From the IMG/VR virus record IMGVR_UViG_3300024507_000285: a stretch of DNA of 64,000 nt; one strand, given 5' to 3'. Source of the stretch: a virus (lineage: Duplodnaviria > Caudoviricetes). This document shows positions 54,544-64,000 of the stretch, one piece after another; the first letter of the stretch is position 1, and each line of letters starts with the position of its first letter. Position numbers and translations under genes: made by a program. Under the pieces are notes generated by a model. That model did no database searches and had not been told where the DNA came from. It was given only the letters and a program-made list of their open reading frames with translations.

Positions 54544-56214
54544 TTACGCTAATGCTGCTATTCTTGCTTTGAAATCTGCAAAATCAGTACTTGCAGCAAC
54601 TAGAGTTTTTAATTCTGGTATGCTAATATGATTTGCTATAGATCCAAATACGGTTAATTTATTTCTAACAATTAGATCATTTTCAAATGTTCCATCGGTA
54701 TTAAATACCACGGTTGGAACAAATGTAATTGTTGAAGAGTCTGTTGAATCAATTAAACTTGTAAAGAAATTTGTTGCAGTTAGACTTCCTTGAACGGTAG
54801 TAGCATTTCCAGAATGGCCAATTGTAATAGGACCAGTTGTGCTACCGCTAGGACCAGCACCGATATATACAGGCGCAGTTGCCGCTCCAATAACACTAGC
54901 TCCGCCGGTACCTCCTATAATAACTCCGTTAGTTGGATGCATTAATATTGAATTGCCGCTGTGATATGAATTAATATTACCAACAATTTCTGAATTAACA
55001 GCATCAACTAATAGTGTAGAATCTTCACCAAATATACTTTGTGCAATGTTTCCTTCTGCGGAAATTGTAATAGTGTCGGTACTAGGATCTGAAGATAATT
55101 CAATACCTGTTCCTGCAATAAATGTAAGTGTATCAGATACTGCATCTGCAATACATGAATCTTGTCCTTGTACACCAATGTTTACAAAACCAACTTTAGT
55201 ATTTGAAATTGTAATGCTGCCGGTCGATGAACTAACACTAATTCCTGCTCCAGCTGTTAAACTTGTAACGCCGGTGTTAGTTAATGTAACACTACCTGTA
55301 GCTGCACTAACACTAATTCCTGTACTGCCTGCAATACTTGTAACGCCTGTATTAGTAACCGTTACGGTATCTGATCCGGCATTGGTTGTTATGTTAATTC
55401 CAGTGCCATTTGCAAAGGTTAATACATCAGATGCATTTTGTGGATCTAAAGAACTTTGTCCAGCAACGGCAATAAAACGCCAAATGTTTTGTGTAATGTT
55501 TGGAGAACTATTAGTAATTGTTACCGTACCAGTACCAATGGACGGATCTAAAATAATACCAGTTCCTGCTAAAAGTTTAACAACGCCGGTATTGACAATT
55601 GTTATGCCGCCCGTGGCTGCACTTACGCCAATACCAGTTCCTGCTGTTGCACTGGTTACACCTAGATTAGTTAATGTTACATTACCTTTACCTGTTCCAC
55701 TTACTCCAATCTGTCCAGCAGTACCAATTAATTGTGTAACTCCGGTATTAGTAATTGTTAACGAATCAGTGCCAGCAACCGTTGTCATTGTAATACCGGT
55801 TCCATTTACAAAGGTTAATGTATCTGTGGTATTATCTGCTACAATATCACTTTGCCCAGAAACAGAAATAGTTTTAAACGATGCTTCTATCGGATCTTTA
55901 ATTAGTTGTCCGCCAATTGTTGAACCTGCTGGCAGATTAACAATACTTCCAGTTGATGACAAAACTGCCGACCCTAAATGAATTGAGTTGCCGCTGAGGT
56001 ATAAATCTCTCCATCGTCGTGATGAAGAACCTAAATCATATATTGAATTTGTTGACGGAACAATATTTGTTGATAGTGCTGTTAGGTCTACAGCACCACC
56101 ACCGCCAATACTCAAATATAATTCTGTAAAATTATCGTTAATATCTGCAAAAGCAGAGTTAACGGCATCCCAAAGAATTGGTGGTTGTTTTGGATCAATA
56201 ACTTTTCTAGCCAT
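54544..56214 (-). CDS. Tail fibre-like protein with TNTGVT repeats
   Basis: AFADINDNFTELY N-motif, repeated shaft units. Confidence 0.65.
   Translation of the reverse strand: MARKVIDPKQPPILWDAVNSAFADINDNFTELYLSIGGGGAVDLTALSTNIVPSTNSIYDLGSSSRRWRDLYLSGNSIHLGSAVLSSTGSIVNLPAGSTIGGQLIKDPIEASFKTISVSGQSDIVADNTTDTLTFVNGTGITMTTVAGTDSLTITNTGVTQLIGTAGQIGVSGTGKGNVTLTNLGVTSATAGTGIGVSAATGGITIVNTGVVKLLAGTGIILDPSIGTGTVTITNSSPNITQNIWRFIAVAGQSSLDPQNASDVLTFANGTGINITTNAGSDTVTVTNTGVTSIAGSTGISVSAATGSVTLTNTGVTSLTAGAGISVSSSTGSITISNTKVGFVNIGVQGQDSCIADAVSDTLTFIAGTGIELSSDPSTDTITISAEGNIAQSIFGEDSTLLVDAVNSEIVGNINSYHSGNSILMHPTNGVIIGGTGGASVIGAATAPVYIGAGPSGSTTGPITIGHSGNATTVQGSLTATNFFTSLIDSTDSSTITFVPTVVFNTDGTFENDLIVRNKLTVFGSIANHISIPELKTLVAASTDFADFKARIAALA
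55090..55870 (-). repeat. Protein-level tandem repeats in fibre shaft
   Basis: Five (T/V)N(T/L)GV...G(T/A/Q)(G)I units and three D(T/V)LTF..GTGI units. Confidence 0.7.
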
Positions 56215-56215
56215 A

Positions 56216-59200
56216 TTATGTTCTTCCTACGGCAACTTCAATAGTGCCAATGTGATCTGAATCGTAATCTTGTAACGCTTTGCCCACCGAAGAACCTGTC
56301 TTAATATCTCCAACGGCTGCAATAGCAACCCCTGGAATTTTACTGGTCACTAAGATGTCGCCTTTCTTAATTTTGCCTACTACCTTACAAGGTACACGAC
56401 CTTGTAGAGCAATTTGGTTTTTAAATCCTGGACATGCGCCATACATAGAATATGCTGCATTATCTGAAACAACACCTGCTACTCTTGTATCACCTAATGT
56501 ATTTGTTGTTGTAACTTCTTTTTCGCCACCAAATACAAGTACGGTTCCTACTTCATAATCCTTGTCACCTTCGTAGAATTCTGCAAGGTCGGCTGCATAA
56601 GTCGCTTGTAATCTTGAATTACCTTTCGATGTGCCGCCTGGGCTACTAGCAAGTATCCATTGTCCTGTAATTGTTCCAGATGTTGTATCGCTACCTGTTG
56701 TGATTTGTGTTGCAGTAATTCTTGAACAACTAATTGGTGCTGCACTAAATCCGTCTTGTGTTCTAAACGAATGAGCATTATTGTCGTAATAGGTTGTATT
56801 ATCTGCGGTCAGCGAACCTGAACCAATCAACACACCACCCGATCCATTAAATGCATAAACACGAGTAGTACCACCTGTTGCTGTAGAATTTCTTGCAAGT
56901 GTTAAACTTGAAGAAGTTTCTGTAGAAAGTTTTAATTTGATATCTTGTAATGTAAGAGTTCTTGCAGCAAAGTCACCGTTTGAATCTCTCTTAACAAGTG
57001 TATTAACGGTTAAATCAGTGGCGTCGGTAATAACAGAATAATCAGAATCTAGTGTGCTAGATAACGAATTATTTCTTCTCAAGTATCCAGTAGTGTTATA
57101 TTGTGATTTCTTAATAGCACCACCAACATCGACTACCGTACTAAAGTTAACAGCAGCTACGTTATCAGTGGTAACACTAGAATTACCAAGCACCGTTCTT
57201 GCACCAATTTGTTGAATCTTACCAACTAAAAGTCCGTTGTTAGAAACGGTAATCCAACCATTAGTGGATGTAAATTGTGAATTATCAAAACTTGCTAGAC
57301 CTAAATCTGATTGAGCAATTCCAGTAGCATTAGCACGAGTGCTGGCCGCTGTCATGTTTAATTTAGACTGGTCAATAGCTGCACTAGCATTAATGTCTGC
57401 ATTAACAATTACACCAGGTTGAATCTGAGCATCAATGGTATTAGCTGTTGAATCGATATCAAATAAAATATCACCTACAACAGACGCATTAGTAATTTCA
57501 TTTTCACTACCAGTAAATACAACAAAATCGTTGGCTGCAATATTTCCAGGAGTAAAATCTTGTAAATTGTTTAAAGTTAAACTTTGTAAATTAACAGCAT
57601 CAGTTAGTTCAACTGGATTGTCAACATTTTTAATTCTATTGTTTCCAAGATCCATATCTCCGTTCATGGTCAAGTTACCATTTAACGGCATGAAACCACC
57701 AGTTAATTGAGGTATCAATTGAGTATCTGGAACAACTTCGCCGGTGTGTGTTAAACCTAATCTTCTTTCTAAATAAATTCTTGTAGCGTTTTCTGTTGGT
57801 ACCGTATCAGTAGCATTATCAGAGAATGAGCTATCTGTTGAAAATTCAGCAATTGGAACACCACGTTTGAAACCAATACCATCTAAGTTACTCAACGCAA
57901 TAGCTGCGGAGAATGTTACACGACCTGTACCTTGGTCAACACGGAAATACGGACCTACGTTAAAGTTACCAAATTGGTCAGTGGTTACATAGAATGTACG
58001 TCCTGAACCCCTTTCTGCTGTTTCAGTAGCAGGATTTAACGGATTAACCGCAGCACCATAAATTTCGTTTGGATAGTTTGTATCTGCATACGAACCTGTA
58101 CCAATTTCTAACAAATCGTGCCCAGTTACACGAGTTAACGAAATACGAATAGTTAATGATCCCGATGCATTAGATGTTCTAATTGGAACACCAGCTTTTA
58201 GTGATGGTGGACTAGAGAATGTTAAAATGTCGTTTACCAGAGGAGTATCTAAATAAACTCTAGCATAAGGTTCATTAGTAACACCTTCTGCATCATATTG
58301 AATAATAGTATATTCAACACCAATCCATACAAATTTTGTTCCAACAATTCTGTTTCTATCTTCTGGACCAATTGGAACAATAGCAAAGTTACTATCTCCT
58401 ACTCTTCCTTTTACTTTGCCCCAACTATGAACTCCGGATTGTGTTCCTGTAGTTTCAGCAGGGTCGCCTCCCGGAGTTAAACTAACTCTAAATGATGAAG
58501 TAGTTAATCCTGTTGATAAAACAAAGTAATTCTTAGTTATAGACAATCCGTCCGGTAATGAACCAGTTGTTGTAAATGCAATTACATCGCCCGAAGCCAA
58601 TCCGTGGCTGCTACTTGTAAACACCGCAGGTGCTGCAACGGTTACGGTAAATGTTTTTGTTGCACCAACAAATTCATTTGGAGACCAAGGTGTTAATTCG
58701 ATGTAGTTATAGTTTTCACGTAGTGTAGTTCTTGCTAGGCCGTATGGTGCAAATGATATTGTACCTGTTCCCGCAGAACTAATTTCGATTGGAATTCCGC
58801 CTCGTGATTCAGAAATTTTAAATGTGTTTTCTGAAATATCTTCGCTAATAACAAAATAACGAGTTCCTGCGGTTATGCCTGTTGGCAATGTTCCAGTAGA
58901 ACTAAACGAAATGATGTATCCGGCAATTTGACCGTGTGCTGTACAATTGATTACTCCAGGATTACCTGTGGTAATAGTACAAACTTGAGCACCATTTTCA
59001 TCTGTATATTCTTCAAATTGTAAAACACGATAAACACTTTCAGTTTCATTTAATTTAAGAGCAGTTGACGGTCTGGTTGCAACTTCAACAACATCACCTG
59101 TTAAAACAACCTGAGAGTTTTGTCTAATAGTAACTTTAGTACCGTTTGGAACAGCATAGGCTAAACCTGCTGTTGTTGAGTTACCAGTACTTGCAATATT

Positions 59201-62200
59201 AAGTTTAGCTACTCCGGTTGGTAAATCTTGTGTATCAACTGAGTTAACAGAGTATCTATAAAGGTTTCCATCGGTGTGAATAACCTCAAGTTCACCATTG
59301 CCTAATGGAACATAGGTGAAATTGTTAATATAAATTGAAAGGCCGTTAATAGTATTTGCATACAACGCACTTGGGAAATATACCGAAGCACCTTGTGATA
59401 AATCATAATATAGACTTACCGGTGTTGGAATTTCTAACGGATCAGATCCTTCAGCAACCAACGCATAGATACCGTGTGCGCTTGAACCTGATACAGAACG
59501 AATCTGCCCACCATTTAATGCGTAATAAGAAATATAACAATAGTAAGTGAAAACCGACACAGCTTCTAATAAGCCACCGTTGGTAACCATAATACCATAG
59601 CCCATGTCAGCAACTTGTGTAAAGTCATTGGCCAACATAGATCTGTTACCAGGCATTAGAATTTCATATACGTTTGCTAATGAATTAATATAATCAATAG
59701 TATCGGATTGAATACTTGTTTTAGCTGCTAACAATGCTGTTCTTGAAGCAAGGGCAGTAGCATTATACCCAGTTAATGTTGGATATGTTACAGATGGAGC
59801 AGCACTAGTTCCGCTGGTTACAACATTGATTACAATGTCAATTAAACCGCCAATTGTGGTTGCTTCTGTTAGTGTTCCGGCTGATCCGGTTTGTCTAGGT
59901 GTTGCTGAATATGTTGATGCTGGTGCAAGATTTCTGACTACCTGCTGAGCTAGGTATTTTACGTAACCTATTGCAGCTATAGTTTCATCTTCTTCACCTG
60001 CACCTAATTGAAGAACTTCTAAATCCCCAACCCCGTCATAATATTTTAATGCTGCATCTCTAGATTGACTATTGCCACCGTAGGTAAAGTCATAAAGAAC
60101 AGCTTCGATAATATATTGAACATCTCGAGAACAACGATCACTATTATATGTAAATGATGTTGTAAACGGTGAAATATTTCCTGCTACTTGTGCAGCAATC
60201 CAACCAATTGTTTCGTCTCTAATAAACCCAATGTTTGCATATAACAATGCCTTTGCATTTGCTTGATTTGTTGTTAACGATGCTGGATTGGTTAATGTTA
60301 ATGTTGGAGCAAATGTTTTACCATTTTCAATAATGGTTGTTAATGCAGTTTCGTCTGATCTTAAAACAGCCTGACCAACGGAATCTCCGCTAATTGCGGC
60401 ATAGGCTAAATCATGTGCATAATGAATTGCATCAAGAGTTAGTGTAAGTTGATCTTGAACAACTACTTCAGCATTTTGTTCTCTATAGGTAAATCCTGCC
60501 TTTCTTGCATGATAGTTTGTACCTAGAACAATATCGTAACCTACACCGTCTAAAATTAAGCCAACATCTCGACTACATATATCTTCGTTGTAATCAAATA
60601 CATCAAAAGGCCAAGGTGTTACTTCGTCAAGGATTAATGAAGCAGATGAACCTGTTGGACCGTAAACAAAATCTCTAACATAGTTAACACGATAAACGGT
60701 ATCATTAACAATAAAGGAAGCTGGAAGATTTGGTAAACGCATCAAATCTGTAACACGCAAGAATGTTGGTGTAACAACTTCTGTTATTTTAAATTTTAAG
60801 TTTCCAGTAAATCCGTCAATGAACATACCACCGGCAAACACATGCATGTCTTTGCTTCGTGTAAAACTTGCACATTCTTGAGCATATGGTGACTTAGCAA
60901 GAATTTGACCTTCTGGGTCAAGTACCATCATAAATCCGCCGTGACCTTGACAGGTTACCGCACGAACAATGTTTGCATCATTACATAAAAATACATCAAG
61001 ATCGTTATTGTTTTTTGGATAATTTACACTTCCAGAATTATTGATAATATCAATAATGGCAGTGAACAGCTCGTTAATAACTGCGCCTGATCCTAATTCA
61101 GAAACAAATGCTAAATCAATTGTTTGAGATTTAATTGTGTTGTAAACTTCTGTAATTTCTGTATTTGAAATAATAGTTTGCGCTAGGTCATTTAAATGAA
61201 CCATTGCAGCAGATGTTTGAGTTAATTGAGTAGTAATGGCAATCAGTGCGCTGGCGCTGCTTTTGTATTTTAATGCAGCCGATACAGATCTGTTGTACCC
61301 ACCATAGCGCAAATCAAATGCAATAGCATCAACAATTAAACCAACGTCTCTAGCACATAGTCTTTCGTTATACTCAAATGTATCATCAAATGGAGTAATG
61401 TTATTTGTAACTCGATAATTAATCCATGCTGTAATTTCGTTTTGTAAGAAAACTTTGTTTAATTGTAAAAGGTCTGCGGCTGATCTAAAATGCCCCGGGT
61501 TATTAACCATTGGATATACAGGCAATGTAGGGTCAGCAAGATAATGATAACCATACAATTGTTCGGCTGTTGTAAGCCCGTCTATTTCTGTATCTCTTCT
61601 AAAGTATTGGAAAGCCCAAGGACTTGAGCTTTCGCCTGACTTTGGTTTAACAATTACTCGTCTAAATTCGTCACCGATGATAGCAACGTTCTGAGGAACT
61701 TTTAAAGGATAGTTTTCTTCATAAATTCCTGATTCAATTAAAACAGAAATTTGAATAGTTTTAGTTACATCTCCGTAGGCAATTTCCTCACCTATTTCAA
61801 ACGTACCGTATTTGATATCAACATCAAATATTTCATCGCCCCCGTCGAGGGAACCGTTATGAGAAAGAATTTGAGCCAATGCACCAGATGTTTCACCTTT
61901 AAGATATAGACCTTCTCTAATGTCTCTACCTCTAGCAGCAACCGGATCTCCACTTAAAACATCTCCGGTAAAGTCTGTGCGTAGACCGCCTGTGTAAATT
62001 TTAAATCTTGGAAGGTCAACTACTACATTTGGTAGTACGGTAAACCCAGAACCTTGGTCAGTAATAGTAATACTTTGAACAATACCGCCTGCAACTTCGG
62101 CAGTACCAAATGCCCCAGATCCTGTAGTGTCTCCAATGCCTCTTGTAATACGTACAGAAACAAGTCCATAGCTTGAACCGCCGGAAATAATTTCAATATT

Positions 62201-63358
62201 ATTAACTTTATAAGTTACATTGAATTTTGCTCCAACACCAAATTCACTATCACTAATAGTTGGAACAGCAGTATTCCCTGGTAATACATCATAAACACCA
62301 GACGATACAACTCTGAAAGTTGATATTCCGCCTGGGTTAGAAATAGTTGAAAGAACTTCTAGTGTTGTTGCAGAACCAGAACCGCCAGCTAGAGTAATAA
62401 TGTCACCGACTCTATAGTTAGTACCTCTGGTATGTAAAGTTACAGAATCTGCACTCATGTAAACTTTGCCTGTGAATCCAGAACCAGAACTTGGAGCAGT
62501 TGAAATACTACTCAATGTACATTTAAATTCGCCCTCGTTATATGTCAATACCTTTTTGTAAGGACCAATATCTAAACGAGATTCGTTAACTAATTCTTCG
62601 GCACGTTTTAATGCTGCTTCAATAGTTCTATAAGCATACGCAAGAGCACGACCTTGTAGTTGCTCACTTACACCAGTTCTTTCGTCTTGACCTGATGTAG
62701 CAACGTATAAATTAACTGCTGAACCGAAAGCTGAGTTATCAACATAACGTTTAGTAGCAGCAATTAATCCATCATAAACTTCGTCATCTGTAGGCTCTGG
62801 GTCACGTGAAAGAATCAGCGGACCACTCATTGTACCAAAATCTGGATTTACAAAACCAGTTCTTGGGTCAATGGCTTCAACACCTGCACGAGAAATTTTA
62901 GTATCGGCATACGCTTTATTAACTGCTTCGTGTTGATAAATTGGTAAAAGAGGACTAGAAGTAGTACCTAAATCTAAAATTCTGTACTGAGTAGCGCCAG
63001 ATCTAGTAGAAAGGTTTCCTCCTAACTGCGGACTTGGGTCGCCTGAAATTTCAGCAAATAAGGTATTAATTGTTATTTCGTTTGTATTAGATGTAAAATC
63101 TAATTGAATACCTGTACCCGCTGTCAGTTGTTTAAACTGAATTCCAGTTTCTGTATTGTTAACAGCTAATAGAGAATTTTCATAGCCTGCATACGATGTT
63201 GGGGTATCATCGAGACCTTTGAATGTTAATTTCTCGCCTAAACCTAACGAGCTATACAATTCTCTAAAGTTATCATTAACTTTACGGAACGAATCGCGTA
63301 TACTATCACCTGTGCCGTCATTCCCAACTGCACCAATATCTATTATTTTTCTAGCCAT
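56216..63358 (-). CDS. Giant (2380 aa) tail/baseplate structural protein
   Basis: gp9/gp10 N-motif, probable beta-helix segments, C-terminal ADLAEFY...IALQGRVPCKV chaperone-like domain. Confidence 0.75.
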   Translation of the reverse strand: MARKIIDIGAVGNDGTGDSIRDSFRKVNDNFRELYSSLGLGEKLTFKGLDDTPTSYAGYENSLLAVNNTETGIQFKQLTAGTGIQLDFTSNTNEITINTLFAEISGDPSPQLGGNLSTRSGATQYRILDLGTTSSPLLPIYQHEAVNKAYADTKISRAGVEAIDPRTGFVNPDFGTMSGPLILSRDPEPTDDEVYDGLIAATKRYVDNSAFGSAVNLYVATSGQDERTGVSEQLQGRALAYAYRTIEAALKRAEELVNESRLDIGPYKKVLTYNEGEFKCTLSSISTAPSSGSGFTGKVYMSADSVTLHTRGTNYRVGDIITLAGGSGSATTLEVLSTISNPGGISTFRVVSSGVYDVLPGNTAVPTISDSEFGVGAKFNVTYKVNNIEIISGGSSYGLVSVRITRGIGDTTGSGAFGTAEVAGGIVQSITITDQGSGFTVLPNVVVDLPRFKIYTGGLRTDFTGDVLSGDPVAARGRDIREGLYLKGETSGALAQILSHNGSLDGGDEIFDVDIKYGTFEIGEEIAYGDVTKTIQISVLIESGIYEENYPLKVPQNVAIIGDEFRRVIVKPKSGESSSPWAFQYFRRDTEIDGLTTAEQLYGYHYLADPTLPVYPMVNNPGHFRSAADLLQLNKVFLQNEITAWINYRVTNNITPFDDTFEYNERLCARDVGLIVDAIAFDLRYGGYNRSVSAALKYKSSASALIAITTQLTQTSAAMVHLNDLAQTIISNTEITEVYNTIKSQTIDLAFVSELGSGAVINELFTAIIDIINNSGSVNYPKNNNDLDVFLCNDANIVRAVTCQGHGGFMMVLDPEGQILAKSPYAQECASFTRSKDMHVFAGGMFIDGFTGNLKFKITEVVTPTFLRVTDLMRLPNLPASFIVNDTVYRVNYVRDFVYGPTGSSASLILDEVTPWPFDVFDYNEDICSRDVGLILDGVGYDIVLGTNYHARKAGFTYREQNAEVVVQDQLTLTLDAIHYAHDLAYAAISGDSVGQAVLRSDETALTTIIENGKTFAPTLTLTNPASLTTNQANAKALLYANIGFIRDETIGWIAAQVAGNISPFTTSFTYNSDRCSRDVQYIIEAVLYDFTYGGNSQSRDAALKYYDGVGDLEVLQLGAGEEDETIAAIGYVKYLAQQVVRNLAPASTYSATPRQTGSAGTLTEATTIGGLIDIVINVVTSGTSAAPSVTYPTLTGYNATALASRTALLAAKTSIQSDTIDYINSLANVYEILMPGNRSMLANDFTQVADMGYGIMVTNGGLLEAVSVFTYYCYISYYALNGGQIRSVSGSSAHGIYALVAEGSDPLEIPTPVSLYYDLSQGASVYFPSALYANTINGLSIYINNFTYVPLGNGELEVIHTDGNLYRYSVNSVDTQDLPTGVAKLNIASTGNSTTAGLAYAVPNGTKVTIRQNSQVVLTGDVVEVATRPSTALKLNETESVYRVLQFEEYTDENGAQVCTITTGNPGVINCTAHGQIAGYIISFSSTGTLPTGITAGTRYFVISEDISENTFKISESRGGIPIEISSAGTGTISFAPYGLARTTLRENYNYIELTPWSPNEFVGATKTFTVTVAAPAVFTSSSHGLASGDVIAFTTTGSLPDGLSITKNYFVLSTGLTTSSFRVSLTPGGDPAETTGTQSGVHSWGKVKGRVGDSNFAIVPIGPEDRNRIVGTKFVWIGVEYTIIQYDAEGVTNEPYARVYLDTPLVNDILTFSSPPSLKAGVPIRTSNASGSLTIRISLTRVTGHDLLEIGTGSYADTNYPNEIYGAAVNPLNPATETAERGSGRTFYVTTDQFGNFNVGPYFRVDQGTGRVTFSAAIALSNLDGIGFKRGVPIAEFSTDSSFSDNATDTVPTENATRIYLERRLGLTHTGEVVPDTQLIPQLTGGFMPLNGNLTMNGDMDLGNNRIKNVDNPVELTDAVNLQSLTLNNLQDFTPGNIAANDFVVFTGSENEITNASVVGDILFDIDSTANTIDAQIQPGVIVNADINASAAIDQSKLNMTAASTRANATGIAQSDLGLASFDNSQFTSTNGWITVSNNGLLVGKIQQIGARTVLGNSSVTTDNVAAVNFSTVVDVGGAIKKSQYNTTGYLRRNNSLSSTLDSDYSVITDATDLTVNTLVKRDSNGDFAARTLTLQDIKLKLSTETSSSLTLARNSTATGGTTRVYAFNGSGGVLIGSGSLTADNTTYYDNNAHSFRTQDGFSAAPISCSRITATQITTGSDTTSGTITGQWILASSPGGTSKGNSRLQATYAADLAEFYEGDKDYEVGTVLVFGGEKEVTTTNTLGDTRVAGVVSDNAAYSMYGACPGFKNQIALQGRVPCKVVGKIKKGDILVTSKIPGVAIAAVGDIKTGSSVGKALQDYDSDHIGTIEVAVGRT
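60060..61380 (-). repeat. Three YN-x3-C-x-RD helical repeats
   Basis: YNERLCARDVGLIVDA, YNEDICSRDVGLILDG, YNSDRCSRDVQYIIEA. Confidence 0.7.
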
Positions 63359-63387
63359 AGTTTATCCTACAAAATGGATTATTTCTA

Positions 63388-63423
63388 TATTTAGCCCAAT
63401 ATTTTAAAAGCCGAATGTAAATA
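63388..63423. promoter_or_regulatory. Divergent late-type promoters
   Basis: GCTAAATA minus (63388-63395), TGTAAATA plus (63416-63423). Confidence 0.5.
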
Positions 63424-63427
63424 ACGT

Positions 63428-63715
63428 ATGTTCTTAAAAACAGAAATACGAAAAACAGAATACATACGTATTAGTAAACTTGGGCAAGAGCATACGTATT
63501 TTAGAAATAAAACCGTGGCATTATTTCGTTGCGATAACTGCGATGATCGATTTGAAAGAGATATTAAAAAAATAGATCGAAAAAGATTAAGCAACAATTT
63601 TTTTCATGTTTGCTCAAAATGTGACGCAAAACGTTTTGCTCAACGTAAGGGCGTAGAACAAAAGAAGATCTGGGACATGCCTGCTAGTGTTGAACTTCCA
63701 GTGAGTAAGTTTTAA
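63428..63715 (+). CDS. Small zinc-ribbon protein
   Basis: CDNC and CSKC pairs. Confidence 0.6.
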   Translation: MFLKTEIRKTEYIRISKLGQEHTYFRNKTVALFRCDNCDDRFERDIKKIDRKRLSNNFFHVCSKCDAKRFAQRKGVEQKKIWDMPASVELPVSKF

Positions 63716-64000
63716 GAAGTTCGTTAAAAGATTTAGACTTTAGTAACGGATAGGAATAAAACTGGCAAGCAGAAACTATTTCTGAATCTCCATCGTAGTT
63801 TACGGTATAATAAAACTTATCCTGTAAAGTCCAATTGGTATACAAGTTTTCTTCTAAGCGTTTACAGCCCTCAGATTCTAAGAATTTTTCAACTAAAACG
63901 TCTTTATTAGCAGATCTAATAAGGCATAATGTTGTATAAATCATAGTAATTAAGGTCATTTTTACAAAGTCTTTTTGCGTAAAACTTACACAAGATGCAG
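63684..64000 (-). CDS. Hypothetical protein (partial, open to window edge)
   Basis: Frame stays open upstream of Met 63959 to the end of the window. Confidence 0.45.
   Translation of the reverse strand, partial: ASCVSFTQKDFVKMTLITMIYTTLCLIRSANKDVLVEKFLESEGCKRLEENLYTNWTLQDKFYYTVNYDGDSEIVSACQFYSYPLLKSKSFNELLKTYSLEVQH

Noticed and set aside
55046-55981. 311-aa plus-strand ORF and similar antisense ORFs (e.g. 5273-5614, 21783-22252, 40798-41238)
   Set aside because: Antisense shadows of well-supported minus-strand genes with no motifs or RBS
1-64000. tRNA, rRNA, CRISPR array, transposase/integrase
   Set aside because: Intergenic gaps are short; no cloverleaf, spaced direct repeats or mobile-element motifs recognised by eye (a tRNAscan/CRISPR search would be decisive)
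1-64000. Stop-codon reassignment as in some large phages
   Set aside because: Long intact ORFs with tight coupling under the standard code

Overview
64 kb segment of a large, AT-rich, T4-like (myovirus-type) dsDNA phage genome, densely coding and mostly on the minus strand, standard genetic code. Host is probably a Gram-negative proteobacterium (inferred from spanins, a proteobacterial-type ErpA and consensus sigma70 promoters). Modules left to right: (1) radical SAM/SGNH accessory genes; (2) RNase H plus a nucleotide-metabolism and 7-deazaguanine DNA-modification cluster (QueE, FolE, a non-canonical QueD/DpdL-like T-fold protein, DpdA transglycosylase) with an embedded GT-B glycosyltransferase, purine phosphoribosyltransferase, HIT, cupin, dCMP deaminase and SGNH proteins; (3) replication core (sliding clamp, family B polymerase, DsbA-like protein; clamp loader further on); (4) a block of late genes whose products carry T4-like capsid-targeting N-termini and repeated xxE|G/S/A prohead-protease-like junctions, including a 1133-aa triple nucleotidyltransferase and an NT5C-GH19 fusion; (5) ClpA/DnaJ; (6) lysis cassette; (7) PhoH, PBP-like peptidase, MazG-like, GroES and a stand-alone mini-DnaE; (8) baseplate/tail-fibre genes interrupted by an inverted methyltransferase-like + QueC-like cassette. 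No tRNA, rRNA, CRISPR array or mobile element was recognised. All family assignments are by visual motif recognition, not database searches; several start codons were moved relative to the ORF track using RBS/overlap evidence.
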